This document shows, in pieces, positions 9,726 to 18,686 of a stretch of DNA of 27,894 bases. The stretch covers positions 1 to 27,894 of the IMG/VR virus record IMGVR_UViG_3300002098_000124, one strand, 5' to 3'. The stretch's first letter is position 1, and the number at the start of each line of letters is the position of its first letter. Origin of the DNA: a virus. Its lineage: Duplodnaviria > Caudoviricetes. The notes beneath the pieces are model-generated. The model saw only the letters and a program-made list of their open reading frames with translations. It was not told the origin of the DNA and made no database searches. The position numbers and the translations under genes were made by a program.

Positions 9726-12531
9726 TTAAAAATCTTTCTTCTCGGAAAAAACCTAGTTTTGTAGAATCAAATACAAGTGCAGGGGCATTAACGTCTGTAT
9801 CCATTACCGTACCAGCTGTCATGCGTTTGCGTTTGGTGCCTAAATAAGCCCCATTCCTTTTATACCCCGATAGAGATTCTTCAAAATTTAATTGCCCCTT
9901 GTTGCACTCTGCCCGATATTCCTTAGCAACCACGTAAAGAAGCTTTGTATCAGGCTCGTACCGTGCAGTTAATGCACCCCGTGGCTCTCTAATTGGGCCG
10001 GTCTCTAAGCCCGTTTTGTTGTCTTTTCTGCCATTAATAACCAAGGTTTCATGGTACTTACGTTGTAAGAAGTTTCCTAAAAAATCGCTACTTTCCAACA
10101 TTAACATTTTGTTCTGCTGTCTAGAGTCTTTAATATGCTTGATGATGTAATTCATTACTGGCTTGTGGTCAATATTATGTAAACCAAGTTTTTTAGAAAT
10201 AATCCCACCGACAATAGCAATCGTAGCCATAGCCGACCAATAGCGTTCTTGAGATTTAATCTCCGCCGCCCGTTCAATCTTGTCTTGCATCTTGGCAATA
10301 AACTCAATTACTTCAGGTAGGTGCCCAACAATGTACTGCATGTACGGATAAATTGCATGTCCGTAGTTTGTGTGAATGCGACTAAAGTGCTGGCGTGCCC
10401 ATAACGGATCGTCATTAGGGTCATTAAAGATATGCAATTCCATAATCCGCATTAATTCACCTTCAGGAAAAGCCTTAATCGAAAGCAAGTCGTCTCGTAC
10501 AGATCTATTGGAAGTGGTAATAAGTCCCGTTGCCCATTTAGTATGATTAATCCTTTCAGCATTTTCACTAGACCGTAAACGGTTCTTAGCCCTACCTTCT
10601 GTAATGTCATAGGCAAGGTTAGACTTTTGGTCTGCTGGCAGGTTAGTCATCTCGTCATACAGTATGGGGATGTTCTGCATCGAGCCTATACGTTGTAGTT
10701 TTTGGTTATATGTATCTTTAGTTCTCATAAAACTATCTTCAGGATGTCCGTATATACTCCCAATCGTATGCAAGATTGTTGTCTTACCTGAACCGGAACC
10801 CTGTGATTTAAGACTCAATAAATAACCCTTTAAATTAGTAAACTTTAAAAGTACGTTACCAAACCCCATAAAGAAAGCAAAAGCTTTAGCTTCCATCTGA
10901 TCTCTACCATAGGCATTAACAACATCTTTCCAAATATGGAAATCGCCTTTAGCTTTAAACAATGGAACCAACTCTAAAGTTGTAGCTGTGGGGGGGCTAT
11001 ATTTAATCTCATCAGGAAGAATTTCTTGGTCTCCCAAAATAAATGCGCTATCGTCCGGCAACCAACCAAATTGTTTACGTGCTAGTTCTGTTTCCGTAGT
11101 AGCTTGTAGTTCTTCTACCCATCTTGTTATATAAGCCATAAGTGAATCCTGTTTCTTTCCTAATACTGCAAGACCGTGCTCGGCAATTAAATCCCTAAAC
11201 CTATCTTTAGCTAACGCAACTGTTAGCGGCATAATAAATTCACGTACTCCGTCTTTAGGCAGATGCAAGCGTAGTAGCAAACATTCACCTTTATCTGGAT
11301 CATGCATGCGCTTTACAACATAGAAATCGTAAGGGTAGATAAGAGTCTCTTCTTCCTCATCGGTCTCAGGGTTTTTGTTTTTAACATATATGCCGCCTAC
11401 CTTACCCCTAAAGAAAGGGAATGGGTATTTTGGAATTACGTATTGAGTTGGCGCTTCGCCTTCTTCTTCCTGTACCTCAACTACGTTATCTTCTTCAGTG
11501 GCTTCAACAATTTCTTTACCAAGTTGTATTGGAGAACTTATATCGTGTGGGCAATCTCTGCAACCTTCGGCATTTAATTTCCTAAAGGTAGCGCAGGTAT
11601 AAGGTCCTTTGGTTTCGTTTGCTTTACGCTCGGTAGATTGTGCAGAATAATCGGGGTGTTTATTAGACAAGTTATGAATCGCTTTATCCCTATCCACACA
11701 CTGCTGGGCAATACTTAGCCCTCCCCTCCAAAGCGGCTCATCTATTGTCGCTTGGTTTTCATAGATGTGCAATAACTGATTACATCCTTTTCCTTCGGCG
11801 GATTTAATGATAATTGTTTTAAATCTAGATTGCTGATTGCCCATCAATGCCAATGTCATACCATCTAACTGACGTGGTATAAATGGTCTTCCTTGCATCC
11901 CTGCAAAGATGTCTTCGGGGTCTATTTGAAACTTATCTTTTATGGTCTCAATAGCTACAGCACTACCTTCGATAAGAATCTCTACTAGCAAAGGATTCTC
12001 AATGTCTTTATAATTGAAAGTTTTTGGAATTCGCAGTATGCGTGCAGTATCCGCAGTAACCGATGGGTCTGCTTCTAGCTTGTGTTTAGCACATAATACT
12101 TTTAATCCTTCCGCTAAAGGCTTCCATTCTTCGCTACTTAATGGCGCAAGTAAAGACCAATATACATGAATGCCCCTACCCGAATTAACTACAGTAGGTT
12201 TTGGCAATCCGGTTGTCTTTAAAAATTGTTTGAGCGCTTCCAATCCATCGTTTTGGGTTTCGTAAGGTTTACCTAAACCACAATCAAGGTCTAAAAAGAA
12301 AGCTTTTAGATGCGCCGCATTTTTAGCAGTGCGTCCTTCTTTTGGATCGGTAAATGAAGCTAACGCATAGTACGCATCGTATTGTTCCCCTACTAATTTT
12401 ACAGATAGTTTTTCTAATTCTTCAATCGACTTAGCAAATTTTTGTCTTGGCTGTTCATCTTTTTTTAACCCCACCACACAATACACCCCACTGTCGGGAA
12501 GCACTGCGGATAGAAACTCATTCGTGTTCAA
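9676..12531 (-). CDS. Primase-helicase fusion (AEP/RepB-like primase, Cys cluster, DUF927-type P-loop helicase)
   Basis: FFLDLDCG and NSGRGIHVYW primase motifs. CATF...CRDCPH. Walker A GSGSGKTT and Walker B ILYDE. Start placed at TTG 12531 behind AAGGCGG (the frame is open to 12588). Confidence 0.88.
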   Translation of the reverse strand: MNTNEFLSAVLPDSGVYCVVGLKKDEQPRQKFAKSIEELEKLSVKLVGEQYDAYYALASFTDPKEGRTAKNAAHLKAFFLDLDCGLGKPYETQNDGLEALKQFLKTTGLPKPTVVNSGRGIHVYWSLLAPLSSEEWKPLAEGLKVLCAKHKLEADPSVTADTARILRIPKTFNYKDIENPLLVEILIEGSAVAIETIKDKFQIDPEDIFAGMQGRPFIPRQLDGMTLALMGNQQSRFKTIIIKSAEGKGCNQLLHIYENQATIDEPLWRGGLSIAQQCVDRDKAIHNLSNKHPDYSAQSTERKANETKGPYTCATFRKLNAEGCRDCPHDISSPIQLGKEIVEATEEDNVVEVQEEEGEAPTQYVIPKYPFPFFRGKVGGIYVKNKNPETDEEEETLIYPYDFYVVKRMHDPDKGECLLLRLHLPKDGVREFIMPLTVALAKDRFRDLIAEHGLAVLGKKQDSLMAYITRWVEELQATTETELARKQFGWLPDDSAFILGDQEILPDEIKYSPPTATTLELVPLFKAKGDFHIWKDVVNAYGRDQMEAKAFAFFMGFGNVLLKFTNLKGYLLSLKSQGSGSGKTTILHTIGSIYGHPEDSFMRTKDTYNQKLQRIGSMQNIPILYDEMTNLPADQKSNLAYDITEGRAKNRLRSSENAERINHTKWATGLITTSNRSVRDDLLSIKAFPEGELMRIMELHIFNDPNDDPLWARQHFSRIHTNYGHAIYPYMQYIVGHLPEVIEFIAKMQDKIERAAEIKSQERYWSAMATIAIVGGIISKKLGLHNIDHKPVMNYIIKHIKDSRQQNKMLMLESSDFLGNFLQRKYHETLVINGRKDNKTGLETGPIREPRGALTARYEPDTKLLYVVAKEYRAECNKGQLNFEESLSGYKRNGAYLGTKRKRMTAGTVMDTDVNAPALVFDSTKLGFFREERFLNVKDTESDSVNPLEED

Positions 12532-12621
12532 TATAGCCGCCTTTAAGCCGTCATTAAAAAGGTTGGGCAGGAGTGGACGGCGGTACACTCTCTTCGGTAG
12601 CTAACCTAGCCCCCCATACAA
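12532..12621 (-). promoter_or_regulatory. Structured leader/pseudoknot candidate upstream of primase-helicase
   Basis: GAGUG/CACUC hairpin whose loop UACCGCCGUC is complementary to downstream GACGGC and to the GGCGG RBS. Confidence 0.45.
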
Positions 12622-12852
12622 CTATCTCAATTTATCAACTAACTTCTCTATTTTTTCCCGGTATTTATCCGGAACATTGGTCTTACCACGAAACCAAGAG
12701 TAAACTGTCATTCGAGACACATCAAAGAACTGTGATACATCAGTTACAGGAATATCCCGTTTGATGCACGCAATCCCAAGAAGTACCCCAACTTTTGACG
12801 AGTCTGCGGCTTTAACTTCGTTGATAAAATCACTTGCGTAACCCTTTGACAT
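12622..12852 (-). CDS. Cro/XRE-like helix-turn-helix protein
   Basis: 76 aa. VTDVSQFFDVSRMTVYSWFRG HTH pattern. GAGGAG RBS. Confidence 0.8.
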   Translation of the reverse strand: MSKGYASDFINEVKAADSSKVGVLLGIACIKRDIPVTDVSQFFDVSRMTVYSWFRGKTNVPDKYREKIEKLVDKLR

Positions 12853-12854
12853 GA

Positions 12855-13748
12855 TTACTCCTCATCATCCCAATCTGAAAGAATTTTGCTTAAGTCCTTT
12901 TTAGGGGCGGGCTCTTCCTTCTTCGTTGTTCTTTTTGTGGGTTCTGCGGCTTCTTCTTCCGCCTCAACAGTCACTGCTACTTTACCTACTTTAATTTCAG
13001 CTTTAGAAACTTCAAGCTTGGGTATGTCCGTCTTTTCAGATGCAACTGTCATGGTGATTGCTTTGATAGCTTCTGTGCTTTTACCTTGCTCAATAGCGGT
13101 AGCAATTTCAGTAGACTCTAAGTAACGAATTGGTTTAAACGTAATCTTAGGTGTTGAACTAGCCGTATCAAAACGCATTTCAGTAACAACCGCAGTAATA
13201 GGTACACCTTTAGAACCAATCATCTTAGCGTACATTTGAAGAGGCCATTTACCAGCTTCACCTTCACCAAAGATTGAAGTAGATGGAAGAACTAATTGGA
13301 ATACATCACCACCAATATCGTTGTCCAATACCACTGCAATACGCTGGCTAAAGCGGCAAGCACGACCATCGCCTTGTCCTGAACCTTTTACGTTCTGTGG
13401 GCAAGTAGCGCAAGACTTAGCTTGTGGTTGTTTAGCAGATGCATCAGGATAGTCACCATTTGCGGACCAGCAATCAGGAGGTGTAGATACACCCTTTTTG
13501 TATACACCCGCATAATACATGCGAGCAACTTTAGATGATGCCGCAACTACTACTACATTAAGATTACGTTCTTCTTTTTGCGCAATCTCTTTGCCATTTA
13601 CTAACAAACGCCATACACCACCTTCAATTGAAATACGTTTACTACCTCCACCACCACTACCCATAAGGGCACGAGTAGTTTCATCCAACTCTAGCGACTG
13701 TAAGTGCGCTGGTAATCCCATATCTAACATTGCGAGTTCTTTACTCAT
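12855..13748 (-). CDS. Putative single-stranded DNA-binding protein
   Basis: Beta-rich core with a Cys cluster (DCWS...CATCPQN...ACR), Lys/Glu linker and acidic tail LSDWDDEE. In the replication module. Start MSKEL behind GGAGAAGA. Confidence 0.6.
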   Translation of the reverse strand: MSKELAMLDMGLPAHLQSLELDETTRALMGSGGGGSKRISIEGGVWRLLVNGKEIAQKEERNLNVVVVAASSKVARMYYAGVYKKGVSTPPDCWSANGDYPDASAKQPQAKSCATCPQNVKGSGQGDGRACRFSQRIAVVLDNDIGGDVFQLVLPSTSIFGEGEAGKWPLQMYAKMIGSKGVPITAVVTEMRFDTASSTPKITFKPIRYLESTEIATAIEQGKSTEAIKAITMTVASEKTDIPKLEVSKAEIKVGKVAVTVEAEEEAAEPTKRTTKKEEPAPKKDLSKILSDWDDEE

Positions 13749-13759
13749 TATCTTCTCCA

Positions 13760-14137
13760 TTATTTACGACGAATGACAGCCGTGTAACGACTATCGACTT
13801 GTAGCCCCGGCGGAAATGCATCGGGGTTTTCTTCAAGAAACGTTGCCATATTGGATTGCGATATACGCTTCTCCAACAACTCCACAGCGTCGTGTTCTTT
13901 TAGAAAGTTGTAGAACGAGTGCCAATCACTTGTCCAAAATCTTTTCTTAACTGAACGACTAACAGTACCTAGTTCAGTCTTTAAACCATCAGTACCAATC
14001 TCCTTGCAAATGTCGAGCAATCTAGTTTCTATCATGTCTTGTTGCTCTTCTAATTCTGTATCTTGTTTTGCAAGTTCAGCACGTTTCTCTCTAATTTTTA
14101 AAAATACTTTTACTAATTGATTAACATTTTCCATCAT
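13760..14137 (-). CDS. Conserved phage replication-module protein (coiled coil, possibly Gp157/Gam-like)
   Basis: N-terminal coiled coil and C-terminal PPGL motif. ATG at 14137 or 14134 behind AGGAG. Family call is tentative. Confidence 0.6.
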   Translation of the reverse strand: MMENVNQLVKVFLKIREKRAELAKQDTELEEQQDMIETRLLDICKEIGTDGLKTELGTVSRSVKKRFWTSDWHSFYNFLKEHDAVELLEKRISQSNMATFLEENPDAFPPGLQVDSRYTAVIRRK

Positions 14138-14161
14138 TCTTCTCCTTGTATTTATACCCAC

Positions 14162-14190
14162 AATTTAATACCAAAACTTTACTCTGTCAA
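14162..14190 (-). promoter_or_regulatory. sigma70 promoter for the SSB/HTH/primase block
   Basis: TTGACA (14190-14185)-17 nt-TAAATT (14167-14162). The -35 contains the helicase TGA stop. Confidence 0.75.
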
Positions 14191-15737
14191 GTACCTTCAT
14201 CAAGAATATTTTTATACAGGTCTATCATTTTAGTATGAATATCTACCTTCGATTGAAGCATTTTATACATGCGTTTTTCAGCCGGAGAGCCTTGAATATG
14301 CACGACAGTGCAAGGATTTCGTTGCCCCGCACGATGCACCCGAGCGTTAGCTTGAAGGTACGTTTCAACGGAAGTAATAGGGGAAAACCATAATACAATA
14401 TTTGCCGCAGTTAGGGTAACCCCGTGTGCCGCCGCTTGTGGTTGGATAACTAGTACTTTAGGATTTGGGTCGTTTTGGAACCTAGCAAAAATATCAGTGC
14501 GTTTACCAGCTGAAACGGCACCATTTATAATTTCTGCGGCATACCCACACTTATTTAGTTCTTCTGTAATGATTTCAATAGCATGCGTATATGGTACAAA
14601 TATTAGAACTTTATGGCTTGCTTCATCTATAACTTCTTTAATAGCTTCTATACGATTAGAAGCATCAAACTCTACGACTTCCCCACTATCCGAATAGACT
14701 GCACCACATGAAAGTTGAAGTAATTTATTTAAATTTGCGGCAGCATTAACAGTTGTAATTTCTTCTCCGGCAGCAACAGCAAGCATATTTTTTCTGATGA
14801 TTTCATAATATTTTTCCTGCTGCGTTGTAAGTGGAACATCACGAGTTACATAGGTCATGTCTGGTAGATCTAAACATTCTTCTTTGGTAAATCTAATTGC
14901 GGGTTGCAATACGTTATGTACTATGTTTTCCGATGTATGTTTTGGAACCCATTTAAATTGTGTAATTTTGTGCATTACCATATCTCTAAAAGAACCATAG
15001 AATCTAGGCACTCCCGAAGGATTTACAAGTTTAGCTAGACCATAAGCATCTGTAGGCGATTGTGACGCTGGTGTTCCGGTTAGCATCCATAGCCACGTAT
15101 TTGGTTTAATAATAGAGTTAAGTATTTTCCAACGAGTTGTAGATACCGTCTTATATGCGTTTGCTTCGTCTATTACAATTAAATCAAAATCTCCCGCAAT
15201 TACGGCATCTTTAATAATCCCAAGTCCATCGTAGTTACAGATCACAAATTCAGCTTCACTGTTTACGGCTTGGATTCTTTTTTCTCTCGAATAACTATGA
15301 GCAATAGCGCATGTACGATGCATAGCAAATCTAAATAAATCGTTTTGCCAAGCTGATTGCATAATAGATAAAGGACAAAGAACTAAAACCCTACGGATAG
15401 CACCGATTTTCATTAGGTAGTCTGCCGCCCAAATTACAGATCCGGTCTTTCCTGTTCCTTGTTCATTAAAACAAAAGGCTCTACGGTGCAATGTTAAGAA
15501 CCCTGAAGTTTCTTTTTGGTGTTCAAAAGGTCGGTATAGTCCAGGCCAATCATAAGATGCATTTATTGGGGAAGGTACGTTTTTAATTTTTAAGTTCTTT
15601 AAAACTTGTGCTTCTTCTAACCCCCACTTCACCAGCACCTCACCTGAATCTAAAACTTTTGCTTTTGGTATTACTGTTGTAATACGGTTTGGTTCCCTAA
15701 CTTTTAAAAGCAATGCTTTGTTTTCAATAATTTGCAT
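14187..15737 (-). CDS. SNF2-family (SF2) helicase
   Basis: EQGTGKT, VIDEA, LTGTP and QANARVHRAGQ motifs. Start MQIIENK behind GGAG. Confidence 0.92.
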   Translation of the reverse strand: MQIIENKALLLKVREPNRITTVIPKAKVLDSGEVLVKWGLEEAQVLKNLKIKNVPSPINASYDWPGLYRPFEHQKETSGFLTLHRRAFCFNEQGTGKTGSVIWAADYLMKIGAIRRVLVLCPLSIMQSAWQNDLFRFAMHRTCAIAHSYSREKRIQAVNSEAEFVICNYDGLGIIKDAVIAGDFDLIVIDEANAYKTVSTTRWKILNSIIKPNTWLWMLTGTPASQSPTDAYGLAKLVNPSGVPRFYGSFRDMVMHKITQFKWVPKHTSENIVHNVLQPAIRFTKEECLDLPDMTYVTRDVPLTTQQEKYYEIIRKNMLAVAAGEEITTVNAAANLNKLLQLSCGAVYSDSGEVVEFDASNRIEAIKEVIDEASHKVLIFVPYTHAIEIITEELNKCGYAAEIINGAVSAGKRTDIFARFQNDPNPKVLVIQPQAAAHGVTLTAANIVLWFSPITSVETYLQANARVHRAGQRNPCTVVHIQGSPAEKRMYKMLQSKVDIHTKMIDLYKNILDEGT

Positions 15738-15950
15738 TCTCTTCTCCAATAGCTTTACGATCAAAACACATGTTTTGATTTTTTATGGCGCCTTACGGGC
15801 GCTACTCGGTTGTCTCTTTGCTCAAGGAGGGAAGATGCCCTTGAAGGGAAAACATCTAACTAGCAACGACAACTGACACGGTTTAATAGGTGAATGAAAA
15901 AACCCGCTAGAACCACTCATGCCTAACATCCTAGCCCATGCAACAACAAA
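15738..15950 (-). ncRNA. Candidate structured RNA/leader upstream of helicase
   Basis: Largest non-coding gap. Nested complementary segments GCUAGGA/UUCUAGC, GUUGUC/GACAAC, UUGCU/AGCAA, AGAUG/CAUCU, GCGCC/GGCGC and AUCAAAAC/GUUUUGAU. Confidence 0.45.
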
Positions 15951-16265
15951 CTATTTTTTCTTGCGTTCTTTTTTACTTATTTCTGAAACTAAATTACCTT
16001 TGGCATCTCGTTTAAAACTACGGTTTTTAGCCGCAGTAGTTATATATACACCATTTTTGTTAGAGCCGCCCTTATCCAATGCTTTGCGGTGGGCAACATC
16101 TTTGCCTTCTCTTGCATCAGCCTCCCCGTTTCCGTTACGGTCAGGTAGTTTTTTATCTAGTGCACGACGAGCACGTTGTCGTTCTGCCCGTCTTGGTTCT
16201 TCATCCCTTTTCTTTTGCATATCATATTCATGCTTATAGGGTCTTGGGGTCTTCGTGTATGGCAT
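15951..16265 (-). CDS. HNH-like small basic protein (degenerate motif)
   Basis: KDVAHRKALDKGGSNKNGVYITTAAKNRS resembles the DVDH..PL..GG.N...NL......NR pattern of HNH proteins. Confidence 0.65.
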   Translation of the reverse strand: MPYTKTPRPYKHEYDMQKKRDEEPRRAERQRARRALDKKLPDRNGNGEADAREGKDVAHRKALDKGGSNKNGVYITTAAKNRSFKRDAKGNLVSEISKKERKKK

Positions 16266-16937
16266 TTAATGGCTCCTTCCGTTATGTTCGCAGTCGGTTA
16301 CAGCGCACCAAGCACGACAAGAGAAGTTAGGCTTTTTATTCCAAACATCGTTCAAAATAGCGGCTTCCAAGCGTTGCGTATCTTCTAACCATTTGCTCCA
16401 GTAGACCCCCTGATTATCTTGCTCATAATTCGCTTTAATCAAGTCGTCGGCTACAACAAATAATAACCCACCTTTTACTTTTTTGACTTGTGGAAAATGC
16501 TTAAAAACCGCTAAAGAAAGGATTTCTAACTGTTGGGTATCGGCGTATTTAGCAGATTTTCCTGTTTTATAATCAATAATATAGGCTTTATCTTCATTAA
16601 TAATTATTAAGTCTGCAACGCCCCGCCACCATACTTCTTTATCAAAAAACCCGCAAGGTTCTATATTTCGGGTTAACCCTAGTTTTTCTTCACAAAGTTT
16701 TTCCCCTTGTATAGCGTTTAACTTATCCAAATGAGGCTTAACAAACGCATATTTTTGAGGTATTGGTTTACCATCACGAATATATTCTTCTGCGGCTTTA
16801 TGTACTTCCAGTCCGTAATTTAAATGCTCAGCAGGGGGGTCAGTAACATCCTTTACTACCCGAAGCCGGTAGTATTTGTGAGGACATTGTTTAAAAAGAC
16901 TGAGAGAGGAGTATGACCAATTATATTTGACCGTCAT
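16266..16937 (-). CDS. PD-(D/E)XK Cas4/RecB-like exonuclease
   Basis: SYSSL...QCP, RGVADL, IIDYKTGK and QQL motifs. C-terminal CRAWCAVTDC completes a 4-Cys set. Confidence 0.9.
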   Translation of the reverse strand: MTVKYNWSYSSLSLFKQCPHKYYRLRVVKDVTDPPAEHLNYGLEVHKAAEEYIRDGKPIPQKYAFVKPHLDKLNAIQGEKLCEEKLGLTRNIEPCGFFDKEVWWRGVADLIIINEDKAYIIDYKTGKSAKYADTQQLEILSLAVFKHFPQVKKVKGGLLFVVADDLIKANYEQDNQGVYWSKWLEDTQRLEAAILNDVWNKKPNFSCRAWCAVTDCEHNGRSH

Positions 16938-17731
16938 GCTGATCTCGGTAATGTTCCGCTAAAGCTATAAGTTCCTGTATGACTGAAGTTAGCCCAAGGC
17001 GCACACCATACGGTAAATCCGGCTTGTCTTGCTATCTTGCAGAAATGGTAATCCTCAGACAACAAGCGATTAGATTCTTCGTCAATCGAAGTAGCAAAGT
17101 ATTCTTTAATAATCTTAACTTTACGCACTACGTCTACTGCATGGTACATATCGTTTGTATAGCTTGGTACTTTATCGGCTAACTCTTCAAAGACCTTACG
17201 CTTAATTAGCATGAAGCCAGTTCCGCCATTGGCAATCTCAATAGGCTCGTTAACATTACCCGTTTTGGTATGTTCGCCGTGTGCTAGGTTTAATACAAAT
17301 GCGCCAGTATGAAGATGTAATTGATCGGGCGGTACTCCAGCTTTAACTGCTTCAGTTACTTGCACCCAGTTAATTTCTTTCTTTGGATAAAGCCCACAAA
17401 TAATGTCTTTGTCTGCGGCAACCATACGGGGAATATCGTTGGGGTTAAAGGCAATGTCCGCATCAATAAACATTAAATGAGTAGCTTCTGATTCCATAAA
17501 GTCATATGCCATAGAGTTTCTAGCACGGGTAATCAATGACTCATTCATCATAAAACTGTAATACATTTGAATATTGTTCTGACCACATACGCCAACCGTC
17601 TGCATAATTGCTGAAGAATACATACCCGTACACATCCCACCGTACATTGGTGTAGCCACAAACAACTTAGTCTGTTGTGCTGGCTTTTGTACTTGAATCA
17701 TCTGTGCTACTTTATTTTTCTTGAAACTCAT
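16934..17731 (-). CDS. GT-A fold glycosyltransferase-like protein
   Basis: LFVATPMYGG, ESLITRARN, MFIDAD (DxD), GTGFMLIKR and LSEDYHFC motifs. Confidence 0.8.
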   Translation of the reverse strand: MSFKKNKVAQMIQVQKPAQQTKLFVATPMYGGMCTGMYSSAIMQTVGVCGQNNIQMYYSFMMNESLITRARNSMAYDFMESEATHLMFIDADIAFNPNDIPRMVAADKDIICGLYPKKEINWVQVTEAVKAGVPPDQLHLHTGAFVLNLAHGEHTKTGNVNEPIEIANGGTGFMLIKRKVFEELADKVPSYTNDMYHAVDVVRKVKIIKEYFATSIDEESNRLLSEDYHFCKIARQAGFTVWCAPWANFSHTGTYSFSGTLPRSA

Positions 17732-17955
17732 TTCTTTTTTCCTTTAGGTTTATCTTCATGCATTAAATCACTGACTAATAATTCGATAGATTTGTTTGTT
17801 TCGCTCAATACGTCCCGCACTAACCATAATGCCCCACTATGCGGTTGACTTGTGATATCGTCGGCAATAAGTTCAATAGCGTCGGCGGCGTTAGATATTC
17901 TGTTGTTTAACTCATCAATCTTGCAAGCTATATCCCAATTCATTTCAGTCTCCAA
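17728..17955 (-). CDS. Hypothetical protein
   Basis: 75-aa helical ORF overlapping both neighbours. Confidence 0.65.
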   Translation of the reverse strand: METEMNWDIACKIDELNNRISNAADAIELIADDITSQPHSGALWLVRDVLSETNKSIELLVSDLMHEDKPKGKKK

Positions 17956-18686
17956 GGTAAAGGTTTATATGCGTCTTTCATTAGTTTGTTGCCTTCTCTA
18001 AACATCTCAAGTAATCTTTCGGGCGCTCGGTAATTAACCGTAGCCTCTCCTGTGCATCCAAAGGAAGGCAGGGCTGTGCTGGCAACTTTATAGAAGGGGC
18101 GATCTGCACCCCACTGACCATAAAAACTGTGCGCCACAGTAACCAAGAATTCCCGCCGAAAGCAATAACAATTAGTATCAACAAAATTGAGAGCGTGATT
18201 GTAAAACGCCGGATAGCGACCAAGTGATTCGCAATCGTCGTCACAAACATATTGTCCTGATTCATTGTGTATTCTCCTCAAACTATAAGCCCACATTAAG
18301 TCTTTGCTTTTAATCTTGTTAATCATTGTCTCTACGTGGTTTGGCTCGAACCAATTATCTTCATCTAAAAACAAAATGTAATCAGCGTTTACCATTAGTG
18401 GCATAGCCGCATAGACTCGGTGTCCGTACCAACCATCAGCCCCTACGTTCTCGTAAAGCGGCATCATATTGCCGTTCCAATTAGGCGGCACTTGAATGTT
18501 GTTAATAGTTAAATTGTCTTGGGCCTTTGCGCCATCTATTACCACTAAATGCCACGTTTCTATGGTTTGATTAGCAACACTTTCAATAGCCTTCACCACC
18601 GTATCTTTCCCAGTAGTCGGGGTGATTACCATAATGCGTGGTTGGCGCTGGGCTTCTATTCTGTCTTCTGTTATAAAGGTGGTCAT
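17940..18686 (-). CDS. Glycosyltransferase family 2
   Basis: VITPTTG...AIESVANQT, YILFLDEDN (DxD), VDTNC and WGAD motifs. Confidence 0.85.
   Translation of the reverse strand: MTTFITEDRIEAQRQPRIMVITPTTGKDTVVKAIESVANQTIETWHLVVIDGAKAQDNLTINNIQVPPNWNGNMMPLYENVGADGWYGHRVYAAMPLMVNADYILFLDEDNWFEPNHVETMINKIKSKDLMWAYSLRRIHNESGQYVCDDDCESLGRYPAFYNHALNFVDTNCYCFRREFLVTVAHSFYGQWGADRPFYKVASTALPSFGCTGEATVNYRAPERLLEMFREGNKLMKDAYKPLPWRLK

Noticed and set aside
12532-15950. Known ribozyme, riboswitch or tRNA in the two structured gaps
   Set aside because: No hammerhead CUGAnGA/GAAA core, tRNA T-loop or clear match to riboswitch consensus sequences I know. Left as unassigned structures.
16266-16937. Cas4-like gene as a sign of CRISPR-Cas
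   Set aside because: No repeat-spacer array or other cas genes. Solo Cas4-like nucleases are normal in phage replication modules.
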